In this document: positions 1-13,568 of the stretch, in pieces
How positions within the stretch are numbered: the stretch's first letter is position 1
Layout of the letters: each line of letters starts with the position of its first letter
Source: Antedon mediterranea
Lineage: Eukaryota > Animalia > Echinodermata
DNA: 64,000 bases
Direction: 5' to 3'
NCBI RefSeq assembly: GCF_964355755.1
Contig: NC_092677.1
Coordinates: 2,502,101 to 2,566,100, forward strand
Notes under the pieces: model-generated
Databases searched by the model: none
What the model was told of the DNA's origin: nothing
What the model saw: the letters and a program-made list of their open reading frames with translations, nothing else
Translations under genes and position numbers: made by a program

Positions 1-1530
1 TATTACAGAATTTCAATTTTATTCAATTTATTCTGTTTAAACTATGGTATTATCATTAAAATATCCACTCTATTCAATTTATTTCAATTTATTCCGTTTC
101 AACTAGAGCATTATCATGTTTATTGTCTGATTTTAATATCTAGAGACTGAACAACAATTTACTACTAAATATAAGAAACACTACACATTTTGTATTCTCA
201 GCGAGCCTGTTTCTTTTAGTTCAACGAAACATAAAATCTGAAAAATATGCATTATAGTCGATTAATCTAGAAGAAATCTGAGATAAGACACTCTAATTTG
301 AACAACGATCATAACCATATGTCATTTACTATGAAGAGCACTAAGGCGGTGTACATTAACATTTTGTGAAATGATGTAAAACAAAAATGGTTGTAAAAAT
401 CTACAATTGCGCACGGTCACAGACTTGCTAATTCAACTGTAATTTAATTTAAAGAAATATATTCCAAAATGGTCTCAGTTCTTTCTGATTCTAACTGTAA
501 TTTAATTTAAAGAAATACCTTATATGAATGTTGAAATTATAAATATAAATACATGTATTGAATCTGGATAGCATATTCAGTATTTTGTTGGCACTACTCA
601 CTTTAGAATCAGTGGCACACATCTTTCGATAGTGCGTCCATACAAATATAAACAACACAACATAAAAAGTAAATGATATACATGATTTTCAGGTAAACAT
701 GACAATCATCATGATCAAATTGAAAAAAAACAAAAAAAAAACAAAAGAAACAAACCCACATACAAACAATTAATAATTTAAAAAAAAAAAATATTACATA
801 TATAAAGCTTTTTCTACCTATAAAGTTTACTCTTAAAATTGATTCACATCACAGCCTCAATTGGGGGGGGGGGGGAGGGGGTTGTTGTTAAAATAGGAAG
901 GAATGGTAGTTTACATCATCTTTCTCCTCTCTGTGCTCTTAAATCTGAAGCCCCATCATCCTTTATCATTATCCTTTCAATACATTTTCTCTTTGTACCA
1001 ACAGAAGCCAGTAATTTGAACAATCAGCTATGATGTCCAATTTGCATAATAAATGAACTGTTTACAATGCACTACTAATGAACCAGCTCATAATTGATTG
1101 GTACGATGACAACAGAATTAAGCTGTGTGGACGGGTGTGAAATTAACTACGAATACTTTGTTATTAGATTATAATGTTTGCAAAACAGATAAGTTGTGTT
1201 AAAAATAATAAGGTCCTTTCACACTGTTCAAACATTATATTTCCATGGATATTAAAATGGAAGCAAGGTTGGCACAAAAAAAACCCAATTGAATCAAATA
1301 TTAATGAATATGATATTATACAGTTTTATATGAATACGATCTGGCAATTAGACAGAGTTCCTTTCTTCCATATCTTCATTCTGAAATTGGACATAATCAA
1401 CAAACGCACGACGCGACTGAGTTGACTTCATTTTTATGAAAAATAATCAAAACCTTTTGAGAATTATGAATTTAGAAATCTCAAGTCTAGTTTTTTAATC
1501 AGACGATTTTACTTGAAATAGGATATTTAC

Positions 1531-1698
1531 CTTACGACAATAATTTAGAATATCATCGTGATGAGAGATGCATCCAGACTGCCGGTTCCTATCTGGTACC
1601 CAATCACCCGTAGCCACATCTACGTGCATATTTACATTACCACAGCTCATTGCAATTCGTGGCTCAATTCGTTTTGCATCATTTAATGAAAATGAAAC
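1531..1698 (-). CDS. APP: Amyloid precursor protein-like exon 2, E1 growth-factor-like domain (EPRIAMSCGNVNMHVDVATGDWVPD...CISHHDDILNYCRK)
   Basis: Aligns by eye with human APP [25 protein letters not shown]...CIDTKEGILQYCQE; 168 nt, phase 0-0; ttcttttag acceptor, AAG|gtaaat donor. Confidence 0.93.
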
Positions 1699-2737
1699 CT
1701 AAAAGAAAATATTAAAATGACTGTTTTTACCATTTTGACATTAAAAGAAATTTGAAATGCCAATGCCAATACTCTCCTTTTTTAAGTGACTATATTCTGG
1801 GATTGTATAGTTGTATTGAATTATTCTACAGGTAACGATAAAAAAAAATTAATAAAATTCGTAATTTAAATGGTTTGGATTTTTACTCAACAACGAATTT
1901 ACCAATAAACAAATTATGTATTCATTATTTGGCATTACGTATCAGAATCATCCCCTTGACATATTTGAGATGATCCCTTAATTTCTTATCAAGACTAATT
2001 ACATTGCTAATGTATGTATGCCATTAGTATTGTTAAGTTTGTCACTCATTAACGAATATACATCTCTCAATGTGGCTCTTAATGTGCACATACCCAACAC
2101 AGACAACATATCTACATCATTTGAATGATGTGTTATCTCTCACAGGTTTCAAATTAACATAGATTTATCTGCATATGTTCGCGGTGAAACCATCGTTATA
2201 TGTTAATAGGAGGATAGAGCAAGCATTAGTAGCTAAAAACAAAATGGTTAATTAAAATGTATGGTTATTGTGCAGACCTGAAATAAATAAATCATCAGAT
2301 TAAAAAAAAAAAAATCATTTGCAAGCTTATTCATTTAAGAATATATTTGTCTATACGGATTTTATTTATTTATTATCTTAATGTAACTAGTTGTTAGTGG
2401 GCCTCCTAATACAAGCCCCTTGGGATTCTCCTGGTGGTCCCTTTCATAACTGTTCTTTTTTACTCCTTTTTTTTGTGTGTATTGTTTTGATGGTATGAAT
2501 AAAGAGTTTGATTTTATTGATAAATTAAAAAAACAACTACATGTTATAAATCAACAAAACAGAGTAAACATAAGAAGAAGCAATGTTTGTGGTGGTTTAA
2601 AAAACAACTTATAAACCTCGCAATTAACATTTTCTTAACTGGTCCTACCACATTCTATTTGAAAAATTTTGAATCAACCAATGAACGTAATATTGATTAT
2701 TCTGTGTCAGTAGTTTTATTTGTATAACTTTTAGTCC

Positions 2738-2899
2738 TACACGAGGGCCGTAGCAACCAGTAGGGTTGGTACACGAGGGCCGTAGCAACCAGTAGGGTTG
2801 GTACACGAGGGCCGTAGCAACCAGTAGGGTTGGTACACGAGGGCCGTAGCAACCAGTAGGGTTGGTACACGAGGGCCGTAGCAACCAGTAGGGTTGGTA
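2738..2899. repeat. 32-bp minisatellite x5
   Basis: TACACGAGGGCCGTAGCAACCAGTAGGGTTGG perfect copies. Confidence 0.95.
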
Positions 2900-4787
2900 A
2901 GATTTCAACCTGACCACTTTTTCAGAGGCTTTTGACAACACTGTGTGGATTGTTTGAACAGAGATTGTTCCCTTTTCTTGCGAAAACCGCACCATTTTAT
3001 TTGTTGTTGCTACATGACATGTCTGTCATCAACTTTCAAAGATACAAATTTATCTATCTTGTTTCAAATTTGTACACATTAAATTATATTTAATTATGAA
3101 TAATTGTTAACACTTTACTCATCATTTAACAAACGAAGCATGTTTAAATTCTGTTGATAGACGTGGTTGTCCTTTGGGCTAAATTTGACTCATTTCCACT
3201 TAAAATACCATTAACAACCTAATCTATTGGCAAATTCAAGGCTGTTCACATTTTTTATTTAATGTTTCAAATTTTTTAATAATCAAGATTGTTCAGGTAC
3301 ATCATAAGACCCTAGAGAAATCATTTAAATAAACTTTAATGCATTTTTCATTTTAAAGGTATGGATTTAATTTGACCGTAATAAAGTCTTGGCTAAGTAA
3401 TCTTGCAGACCCAAGAAAAATCAAATATCATTTATTACCTGATCCATGATCATCATCGACTCCAAAATCTAGAAAATCTTAAAATAATATTTATATAACT
3501 ACTAAAGGGATGGATTTATTTTTTTGTGGCAGACACTAAGACTTGAACCCAGGACAAAGCCAACTAAGCATTGTGCCTTTCTTCCATGTCACTTCAACAC
3601 CTTCTCTCATTCCCTACTTTATATTATAATTATCTTATCATTATTAAATATCCGTATTTTCTAATCTATTTGCAATGTTTTCACAATTTTTTAATTTATT
3701 CATTCATTCATACTGTTCCTTTAAAAAACATTTACTTCTTTTGAAATTTGAAATTAAATAATATTGAGTTTATACTTTTATACACTACGGTACTATATCT
3801 AAGCCTACGAGATTTGTGACAGTTAAATATTTATAGTTTATTACAATCTCAAGTAAAAACTCAATGTTTTACAATCTTATTAATCATCTGATTTCATCCC
3901 CAAACAAACGAACGAATCAAAATGGTTGAAATCATACTAAATTTAAGACAGTTAATCATAGTGAAAACTTTAAATTAAATTTTCAATCGCTCACAATTTT
4001 AAATCAAATGTTTAAATGTTTATCTACTGCAAACAAGAAACAGAAATAACATGTCTGAATCACAGAATGTTTGTAATCAAATGATCAGAAAAATCTCCCC
4101 TTTTTATTTCGTTGACAGTCAAATTATAGACATTAAATTTATAGGATATTCATTTTATTATCTTCCAATGATAGAAGTCGATAAACTTTTTATATTTTAT
4201 AGAAGAATATGGTAAGCATTATCAACACAACAAATAATGTTATCTTACCAAAGTACAGAATTATAATACAGACATTAAGTTACATAATGTTACATAATAC
4301 ATACACGTAAGTTACATATATTATCGGGCACAAACTAATATTCCTTTTAAGTAAAATTTATTTGACTTAAATATTTTCTACAGTGACTCAGATCTTGTCA
4401 GATGTATTTTAGTAATAAAAAACATGTAAATAGTGATCATCTTCTGACAGAGAGCTCTTTCCAAACATTTAATTAATAGTAAAAGGAGGACTTGATGAAC
4501 TTCGTCACAATTTCCCATTGCATTTCATCTTGCGGCATAGTGGATCAATAATGTAGCTACTACTTCATTTAGGAGCTGCAGTAGGTTGTGCGTGGATAAT
4601 TGCCGCTGAATAATGCAAAATATAAATGTAATTTATTGTGATGTTTTAGGATGACTAAGACGTGTACATTATCTATTTTAGATATTCACCTATAAAGTAC
4701 ATTGGTATATAATTGTAACCATGGAGAGAATAGTACAGTATTAATAATTCAATAGAATTTTATTCTAGCTAAAATTAACTGTCTCAA

Positions 4788-4965
4788 AACTCCCTAGCTA
4801 CTACAATTATGGACTGTCTAAGAACTCCCTAGCTACTACAATAAAAACTGTCAAATCAACCTCCCTAGCTAGCTACTATAAACTGTCAGAAACCCTCTAG
4901 CTACATACAAAATAAATACCGATTCCATAGCATATAAATATTAAGTTTACTCCCTAGCTACTAAG
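4788..4965. repeat. Diverged ~34-bp tandem (CTCCCTAGCTACTA core) x5
   Basis: Recurrent core with related spacers. Confidence 0.7.
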
Positions 4966-7900
4966 AAAAGCCATGTAATAAATACAAAGTTTAATATATT
5001 GTGTTTGTTGTAGGTAGACTTAATTCATAGCACAATCGTCTTTGAACAATTTAATTAAATTCTTGTGATACCATCAAGATAAATAAATAATTTTAGTGAT
5101 ATTTTTATTTACAATAATAATAGAAGATAACATATACAATAATTATAATTGGTTTAACTGTTGAAATAATTTACTAAATTTAATTAATGTTTTTCTTTAT
5201 AGCACAATTGTCTTCTCTTTAATTTAATTTCTGTGACATTATCAAGATGAATTATCATGGATTAAGTTCTCTGTCGTAATTATTGTTATTTACAAGATTT
5301 ACAATAATTATAACTGCTGAAATACTTTTGTTTGGTCTTGCTTAAATTTTCAAAAAATAACAGAATCATTGTCTAAGTGGAATCGTGAGCAAATGATACA
5401 TTAGGTAGCTTAGATTCTAGAACGAATGTCCATTGCAAATCATCTAGCAGCGTAACGAAGATTAAGTATGATACTTAACAACATCAAACGGCCAATCCAA
5501 CATCATCAAAACTACTAATTATAGATTTACTGATATGTTTAAACTTAAAAGGTAATTCATGTTCAATTTTGAAAAGATAAACCCAACAAAAACAAAATTA
5601 AACATTTATAGAATATATCAAATGTCTGATGATGTCGATGATGATCCAAACATTTTAATTTATTTGGATTATTTTTATGTAAAAAATGTTTGGGATCATG
5701 TCAAAATTACTCTACTGCCATTATTAAATTTTGTAATGTTTTTTGTTTCCATATATTAGATTGTTTCAATTTAGAGGTTTCTGGAGATGAGAGCACATAC
5801 TTTTTTAATTTTTCATTTGATATTTCAATTTGTATTAATTTAAATATCTGTTGATAAGCTGAAAATTCTTGACATATATTTATACACCTACACAATGCAT
5901 TCATATCATTTCCTGAAATGACACAGAATATGACAAAGAAAAGAAACTCAATAAAAGCCTAACAGTGGAACAGAATCGCTCACAAACAGGCTTAAAATTA
6001 AACTATTTCATTGTTCGCTCTAAAGCGTTCATAAGCCTTTTTTCACGTTATCAATTTTATCATAAGTACTTGGTTGTTGCTCATTTTTATGCTGCATTCC
6101 TAGTGCAAACTAATGCCTGTTTATGAATATTTATATAAGCAATATGCTAATGTTGTTGGTTGCCTTCTTTATAGAGAATTACCTACAGTATACTTCACCA
6201 TTTATGTTAACATACATTAATAACTTGTTGTACTTGCCCTTGTTTATAGAGAATAGCATACACAGTACTTCATAACTAAGTTTTAACACACATTGGCACA
6301 AGTACCAGTGTGGCCCATGAATACATAGTGTTGCTTTTTTCCTTAACATAAGGTTTTTTTAAGCAGCAGAAATTCATGCCACACAATTTTTTTCAAACCT
6401 CTTCTTCTTTACTGCACGTTATTAACATGATACAGTTTTAAATTTTTTTTATTACTTCAGTCCTTTTTTAAATTGCCCCACTGCGGGATGAATAAAGAAT
6501 TTGAATTGAATTACAGTTTAAACATGCGCTGTTGAAAAGGTTCAAAACACTCCATAATATTAGAGTTGTTTACAATGTTTTTCATTATTTATATCTTTTA
6601 TTCTCTTATAGTACTAATAGTACATTAAAGTCAAAGCACTATTTTTATAGTCCTAAAATTTACAATATTATCGCAGTCAGTTTATTTAAATTAATATTCA
6701 TCATTAACATGGTATAAATTGTATACAGCATTTACTTTTAAGATAAATTTATGATCAGAGATAATAATTGTTTTGACGTTGTTTTTATAGTGTTCAAATG
6801 CTAGAGATGTTTTCTTAATGTATTATGTTGCATTATGGTTTCAAACACGAATATAGTACACATTTCACCATAATGTTTTAGTCAATATTTGAGGGTAATA
6901 AACATTGAATTTTTCTAATGTACAATAAGGTATTTAATCCTCTTTTGCATAATGCTGATATAACAGCTTTTTGGACTGCAATAATATTGTATGCATGTTA
7001 TACAACCAGCCAGACTTTTTAACATTTTTTAAGTTCATCTTTTTAAGTCATTCTACTTTTATTGTTTTTACGTTCCATGCATGTTCATTGTCTGAACATG
7101 ACCTGGGATTCTCTACATTGTTTATTTTTTTAGCAATAATTTGTTTATTCTTAAATCAAACATCAAATATGTTTAATTCATCATAAATACAACTGGATTA
7201 CACAAAAAAGTTATGCTTTTTTGGCATTAATCAATAGAAGATCTTATTGAATACAATTAATCAGATGTATGTAATTTCTCAAATCTTGAAGCAAATGTAT
7301 GATGATTACAGTGCATAATATTGATCCCTTTAGCCAATTACATCTGACTTTATATTGAAATAAATCTAAATCTTACTAATCCGTTAAAATCCAAACGCAG
7401 GTTTCGCTGTAATATTATCCTTCTTTACTAATAATCGTACACGATAATAAAAACGGTTCTTGTTGACTTTTAAGAAAGAGTTTAACGAGGCGAATATCTT
7501 ATTATGAACAATATTTAAAGGAACAATGGTTATTAACTACGAGTTAACTATTGCCAGACCAAGGATTTAACATACGCTTTCAAACAACCAGCTGCTTTGT
7601 GCTGGGCTCAAATTTAAGAAATCATTTCTTCATGATTGAGATGAATTTAGACAAAGAATTTATTTATAAGATTTCAGAAATTGTAAGTTAAGCTGTGTCC
7701 TCTTTGTTGGGATTTTATAGTGATTGTTGAACCACAGTACTTTTGAGTGTGAGAAAATATCTGTAACAGTAACATCATAATGCTTTAAAATATATAAACA
7801 GTATTCCACACACACCTTGAGAGCAAATATGTTTTATTTAAATACAACTAGATTAAAAAAAAAAATAAATATAATAATATTATTATTGGATATAAAACAA

Positions 7901-7997
7901 AACTAACAAAATAAATTCCGGGGTTCTGAGATAAATGAATTTTAATGCTAAAAACAACTCCTATAATGTCGGATTACTGGATGACTACTCGTCTTGA

Positions 7998-8001
7998 ATT
8001 G

Positions 8002-8032
<31 letters not shown>

Positions 8033-8460
8033 CTTTTATTTTTCACACAACATTCATAAAAATATAAATAGAAAATTAAGTACAATAAAAGGTGAAAAAC
8101 CGGATAACCACAAGCAAGCAAAGCTTTTAATCTGTGGCACCCTAACTATTTACAAATATATTACAAAATTGTTTTCATGTAGTAAATAAATGAAGGAAAA
8201 TACAACGTACTATAATATATATATATATATACATCACAGTCTCAGAATATATACGAAAATGTAATTAATTCAGTTAAAGTTAGACATATTTTACAAATGT
8301 TGTTTTCGCAAAGATATATTGTTTCTTTATAACTATTAATGCATTTATTTAGTAATAGTTTTTTAAATATTGATATATTTTCACTCTCTCTTATATTTCT
8401 TATAAGTTGATGCCATAGCTTAGGTCCTCTATATGCTATACTTTGCTGACCCATATTAGT
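7998..8460 (-). mobile_element. 5'-truncated CR1/L2-group LINE 3' end
   Basis: ORF2 C-terminal peptide SIAYRGPKLWHQL...FKKLL, 3' UTR, AATAAA and (AATC)n tail. Confidence 0.75.
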
Positions 8461-8494
8461 TGATTTTAATTGTATACAATAATTGTCTTTATTT

Positions 8495-8758
8495 CGAGTG
8501 TTTTTGTTTGTTTGCCCAGATGGTGATCAGTGGCTGTGATGTACTAATACACCGGGGTAACCCCCTACTCGTCTCGAAAGATGTACTAGGTTCTTTTAAA
8601 GTGCACACGAGCAAGTTGTGTACACTGGACCTACGGTTTATATTCCTTATCCGAGAAGACTCGTTCTACCACCAGAACCATGGAGTGAGTGAGCCTCGAA
8701 CCCCTGCCGATGTTATGGCTACGTGATTACGGTTCCACTGTCTTAACCGCTCGGCCAT
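8495..8758 (-). mobile_element. tRNA-derived SINE with Deu/Nin-like body
   Basis: A box TGGCCGAGCGG, B box GGTTCGAGGC, body GGATAAGGAATATAAACCGTAGGTCC ... GAGTAGGGGGTTACCCCGGTGT. Confidence 0.75.
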
Positions 8759-9205
8759 GTTATGTATGATAATTATCAAATAAACTGAATAAACAATTAA
8801 AACATTTTGGAAGTTGTCCTTTTTGGTATTTAAACATAACATTTAAAACACTGTTTTTATACAAATCAAATATATTGAATGGGAGATGAAAAACGATTGT
8901 AGCCAATTCACATAAATTATAATTTTATAATGCAGTTTTTGTATTTTACCGACAGAAATTAAAGTATTGAATTTAAAAACACTGTACATTGAAGGCACGT
9001 ACATTAAATAAAAACTCGTACTTTAAAAAAAAACAATTTTATTATTAGAAAATCGTATAATAGTAGCCTAACTATATATTTCAACAATATCGTCCTCCCA
9101 CCTCACCCACAACACCGGATGAGCAAAGATGAAAACGGTGGTGGTGATGGTAGGTAGCCTAGACTTCAAAGTATTCAGCCCATTTATAAAACAAATAAAA
9201 CTCAC

Positions 9206-9250
9206 CAGAGCAACCGTATAAACGAATAAATATAGTATATTTCTCGCCAT
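9206..9250 (-). CDS. APP: APP-like gene exon 1, signal peptide (MARNILYLFVYTVAL), phase 0
   Basis: aatcATGG start context, hydrophobic stretch, CTG|gtgagt donor, CpG-enriched upstream region; splices in frame to 1531-1698. Confidence 0.75.
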
Positions 9251-9460
9251 GATTTGGCGCAATATGCTAACTTTAGCGTAAAATAGTTTCTCTTTTTATT
9301 TAGCGCACTCTAAATAACACTGACGGCTGCTAATTCCTGAATACAGTGCTGCTCAGTCGATTGGATAGTCTGCTCAATATACCACACTATTCGGGAAGTT
9401 GTCGTGGGTAATCGGAAATGTTCGGAATGTCAGATTAAATTAGTGAGGGCGCTAGTTAAA
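9251..9460 (-). promoter_or_regulatory. Putative APP-like promoter/5' UTR
   Basis: Local CpG enrichment, CCAAT box (gattgg 9359-9364), GGAA Ets-like cores, GAGGGCGCTAG motif. Confidence 0.45.
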
Positions 9461-11332
9461 AATGTTATTTAGTCACATTGTTGATAGGGACGTGTATCCA
9501 ACATGAAAAAAAAATATAATGCCGTAAAAAACTATAAAATTAATTAATATTAATTAAAGGGAGAGAGAATTGTTTGATAAATCATTTATTTCTAGCTAGA
9601 AATTATTCGTCCTTTTTAAGAACTGCAATTGGTCAATTTCAAAATTAATTGTGATTGGTTAAAACTTTTATTATTAATGCATATACTTTTGGTATGGATT
9701 TATACTGTATATATATTTATGTACGTATTTCTTGTAAATTACTACTGTCTCTTGCATGTGCCTCTGGTTTAGCACTCCCAACACGCTGGGTATTTGCATC
9801 AGGGCTGTTCATGCTCTGGGCCCCTGGGTTTAGCCATAGCTGTTACGCCACTGTGCATTTCGTTTATCGTCAATATAATTTGTCGGTCTGTGTTTCAGTT
9901 TCAATTTGGCGCCAGCATATCCACTGTAACTACTTTCTGGTACTAAGTTTATAAGCAAAATCAAAACACAATAAATTTAAAACATAACCACAAATACTTG
10001 GTGGAATTTCATTTTTTTAATTAAATTAATACATTTCTATAAATGATGAGAAAATTCTTCAATAAATCACATTTTATATATTAGATCCTTCACCAACTCT
10101 GCAAGATGAACTCATGATTCTTAATAATAAACTATGACAAATAGACATACAGCAGGTACAGTAGATTATGTGACAGAAATGTGCTACAATCAACTTGTTA
10201 CGGTTAGTTATCATGTGAACCCCTATCTCCCCTCCCATTGGTGCCCACTCCATTGTTCTCCCAAAGCTGGTTTTACCAGCAAGAATTACCAGACAAAATT
10301 TCTTTCAACTGGTATTATTAAAATGGTGAAAAACATAACACATATACACTTGTCTAGTGTTAGGCCTAGCCAATAAAAACATTAAGCAAGAGCAACCAGA
10401 GGCTATATTTTGTCAATTGGATTGATAAAGTTTAATGAATATTCAACATTATTGTATTTAGTTCCAGATATCAGTACACTTGGTGTACCTTGTATAATGG
10501 TCCGGAAATGATTTTGAAATGAGAGAAAGGTGTTTCCCCACCCCCATCCTCCCCCACTCCCCCTCCCCATCACCTGTGATTCACCAAGCAGCCAATTAGT
10601 TTGCAATTTATAATACAATTTGCATTTCACATTATATATTGTTTAATTAAGGTATTTGCACATACGTTTGTAAGATAATGCTGATTATTTAAATATGTCT
10701 TTTTACCATCATAAACTTTAAGAATATAAAATAGCTATTGTGTTACACAGTATTGAGACCTTAAATATTATTTATCAAATAAATGAAATAAATTAGTTAT
10801 TACAAAGACTGTTGCATTATTATTGTAACCTAACAAGACATTATTAAAACAATGCAAATATAACCTCTAACAAAATATGATTTAAAACACTGATAGCAAG
10901 ATAACAGAAAAGGAAAATTTGATTCAATGATGACCAGAATTTTATGCAAATTGTTTTTTACGACAGTGTATAATATAAACGGATATACACTTTTTTGTAA
11001 AATGTACAGTGACTATTTGTAATTTCTAGGTTGGTTGACATAACAATTGAATAATGAAAACCCAAATTCTTTTTGTCCTTTTCCATGGCACCACAAAAGT
11101 TCTGGTCATCACAAAGTCAAGCCTACTTAATATCTCAGATGGATACAGCTTACAATTAAGTGCAGTTTAAAAAAAAAGCTCTAAATGTTATACTTACTAG
11201 CCAATCTAACGATTTACAAATAACCTTTGACATACATTAATTACAAATTTTACATTTTAAAAACTTGAATAAATTATACAGTATTTTGATTGTTTATATC
11301 TCAACCTTCCCCTGAAACAACAACTGGGTTAA

Positions 11333-11721
11333 ATAATAACCTGGTTACACAATAACCTGATTAAAAGATAACCTTGTTAAACAATAACTTAGTTAAACTA
11401 TAACCTGGTTGAACAATAACTTGGTTAAGCTGTAACGTGGTTAAACAATAACTTAGTTAAACTATAACCTGGTTAAACATTAACCTGGTTAAAAGATAAC
11501 CTTGTTAAACAATAACTTAGTTAAACTATAACCGTTTAAACTATAACCTGGTTAAAAAGAAACAATAACTTAGTTAAACAATAACTTAGTTAAACAATAA
11601 CCTGGTTAAACGATAACCTTGTTAAACAATAACTTAGGTAAACTATAACATGGTTACACATTAACCTGGTTAAACAATAACTTGGTTACACAATAACCTG
11701 GTTAAACTATAACCTGGTTAT
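11333..11721. repeat. 16-bp quasi-palindromic minisatellite, ~24 copies
   Basis: TAACCTGGTTAAACAA and variants. Confidence 0.92.
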
Positions 11722-12650
11722 ACACCGATACACTACCCTCTTAATCAAATTGTAAATTAATTTAAACAAGCATTAAAACATAAGAAAGCAGAGAAGTGGT
11801 AGACAAGTAAAATACGAAAACTAAAACATATCCGATCCAAGGGATCCAATTATAAAGTTCAGTAGGAACATTATAAACATTTTTGATACGATAATCTTAA
11901 TAAAAAGGACCCATTGGTAACTTTCAGTTGAGTAGGAATATCAATTTATATATAAATAGGAAAACATTTAACATTTGGCTATCTTTATAGGCACTAATCA
12001 TTTTACATTATTATTGCTAAACCGCAGCTGGTTACTGCTAAATATCAAAATAGACTGACTACACAGAGCTTTGGCGGCGCTGGGTTGTCAAACGATCTGG
12101 CGAGATATTACAAATCATTTTCATCATATAAATTTTGAATATTTTAAAAATATTTCTCAAATTTTAATAAATAAATGTGCAAACTGAAATAATACATTAA
12201 TGCTAGTATAAAAGGAAGTGTGTACAATATATGTTGTGTTATTAATGTTAAGAGATCAACTCAACATAGCTGGCCAGATAATAATAATTAAATAATCACT
12301 TTAATTACCTTAAAATATAAATTTCAAAAATACACTATACTCATCTACACTATATAAACGATTACATTTTGTACATATATTGTCTTCAAAAATTAAAAAC
12401 AAGTCGGACAAATTTACATCTATGGAAAGTTTTTAATATATTTACTTGCTTTGTTTAATAACATACTGGAAGAAAAGACAATGTCCGCTAACACATTGCA
12501 AATAGCTGTATAAGAATACGATCTTTGATTTGTCAATATCTACAAGCATTTACATATCAATGATGCTTTTTACAATATTTAACACAAAGAAGATAAAGAC
12601 AAACATTTTATAACATTATTCAAAGATATCTTAAGTATATGACATCATCA

Positions 12651-13027
12651 TGAGTGTTCATCAGAACATACCGAGTGTTCATCAGAACATACTGAGTGAT
12701 CATCGGAACAAACTCAATGTTTTTATTAGAATGTACTGAGGGTTTATCAGTACATACTGAGTGTCCATCAGAACATACCGAGTGTTCATCAGAACATACT
12801 GGGTGATCATCAGAACAAACGCAATGTTTTTATTAGAATGTACTGAGGGTTTATCAGTACATACTGAGTGTTCATCAGAACATACCAAGTGTTTATTAGA
12901 ATGTACTGAGTGTTCATCAGAACATACTGAGTGTTCATCAGAACATATTGAGTGTTTATTAGAACATACTAAGTGTTCATCAGAACATACCGAGTGTCCA
13001 TCAGAACATACCAAATGTTCATCAGAA
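12651..13027. repeat. 21-bp minisatellite with higher-order variants, ~18 copies
   Basis: GAGTGTTCATCAGAACATACT and variants. Confidence 0.92.
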
Positions 13028-13548
13028 GTATTTTGCATTGGCACTCATAGATGGCAGACAATGCTTACATATTTGTGTAAAAGGCACTAAAGCAACAATT
13101 GGTCATTAAGTTCCAATCTCTAATTTGAGATGTCATTGGTACAAATGCCTATCATTAAATATTAAAATATTTTTGTTGTAGAAAACAATGATGATCTGAC
13201 AATGATTAAATGATAAAGATAGAGATAATGATGTTGACAACATGATTAAATGAAGATTATATGATTAGCAGGCACTAATGGTGAGTATTGTATTAGACAA
13301 GGTCACTCAAAGTTTGTAAACATCGTGAGCGCATCTGTTATCGTAGGATCACTAGGTCAAGTAAAAAACACTAGAAAGTGGATCACACGCAGACTGTCCT
13401 CTGTTGTATAGGTTTCCTGGATGCAGATCCAATGCCAATAGAACCATTGGCCTGTTTATCATCTAGTGTCTTTCTGTCTTCTATAGTGGCATGATACCAG
13501 CATGCCGCATCAACTATCAAATGGAAAATGACAGCTAGGCTACAGTTG

Positions 13549-13568
13549 CTACACAATGTTTTCATGTT
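13549..13568 (-). CDS. ARHGEF12: Probable terminal coding exon (EHENIV*) followed by 3' UTR
   Basis: tatctttcag acceptor, phase 1, TAG after 6 codons. Confidence 0.6.

Noticed and set aside
4788-4965. CRISPR-like repeat-spacer look
   Set aside because: Spacers are related to each other, the repeat is short and degenerate, the context is eukaryotic, and there are no cas genes.
5801-5912. Exon-like segment in APP intron 1
   Set aside because: Good splice signals, but a stop follows at once in phase 0 and there is no APP similarity; at most a poison or UTR exon.
7576-7760. Exon-like segment in APP intron 1
   Set aside because: Stops in all three frames.
12651-13027. Repeated CTGATGA on the minus strand as hammerhead or C/D snoRNA array
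   Set aside because: No GAAA partner box or stems; spacing does not fit snoRNAs.
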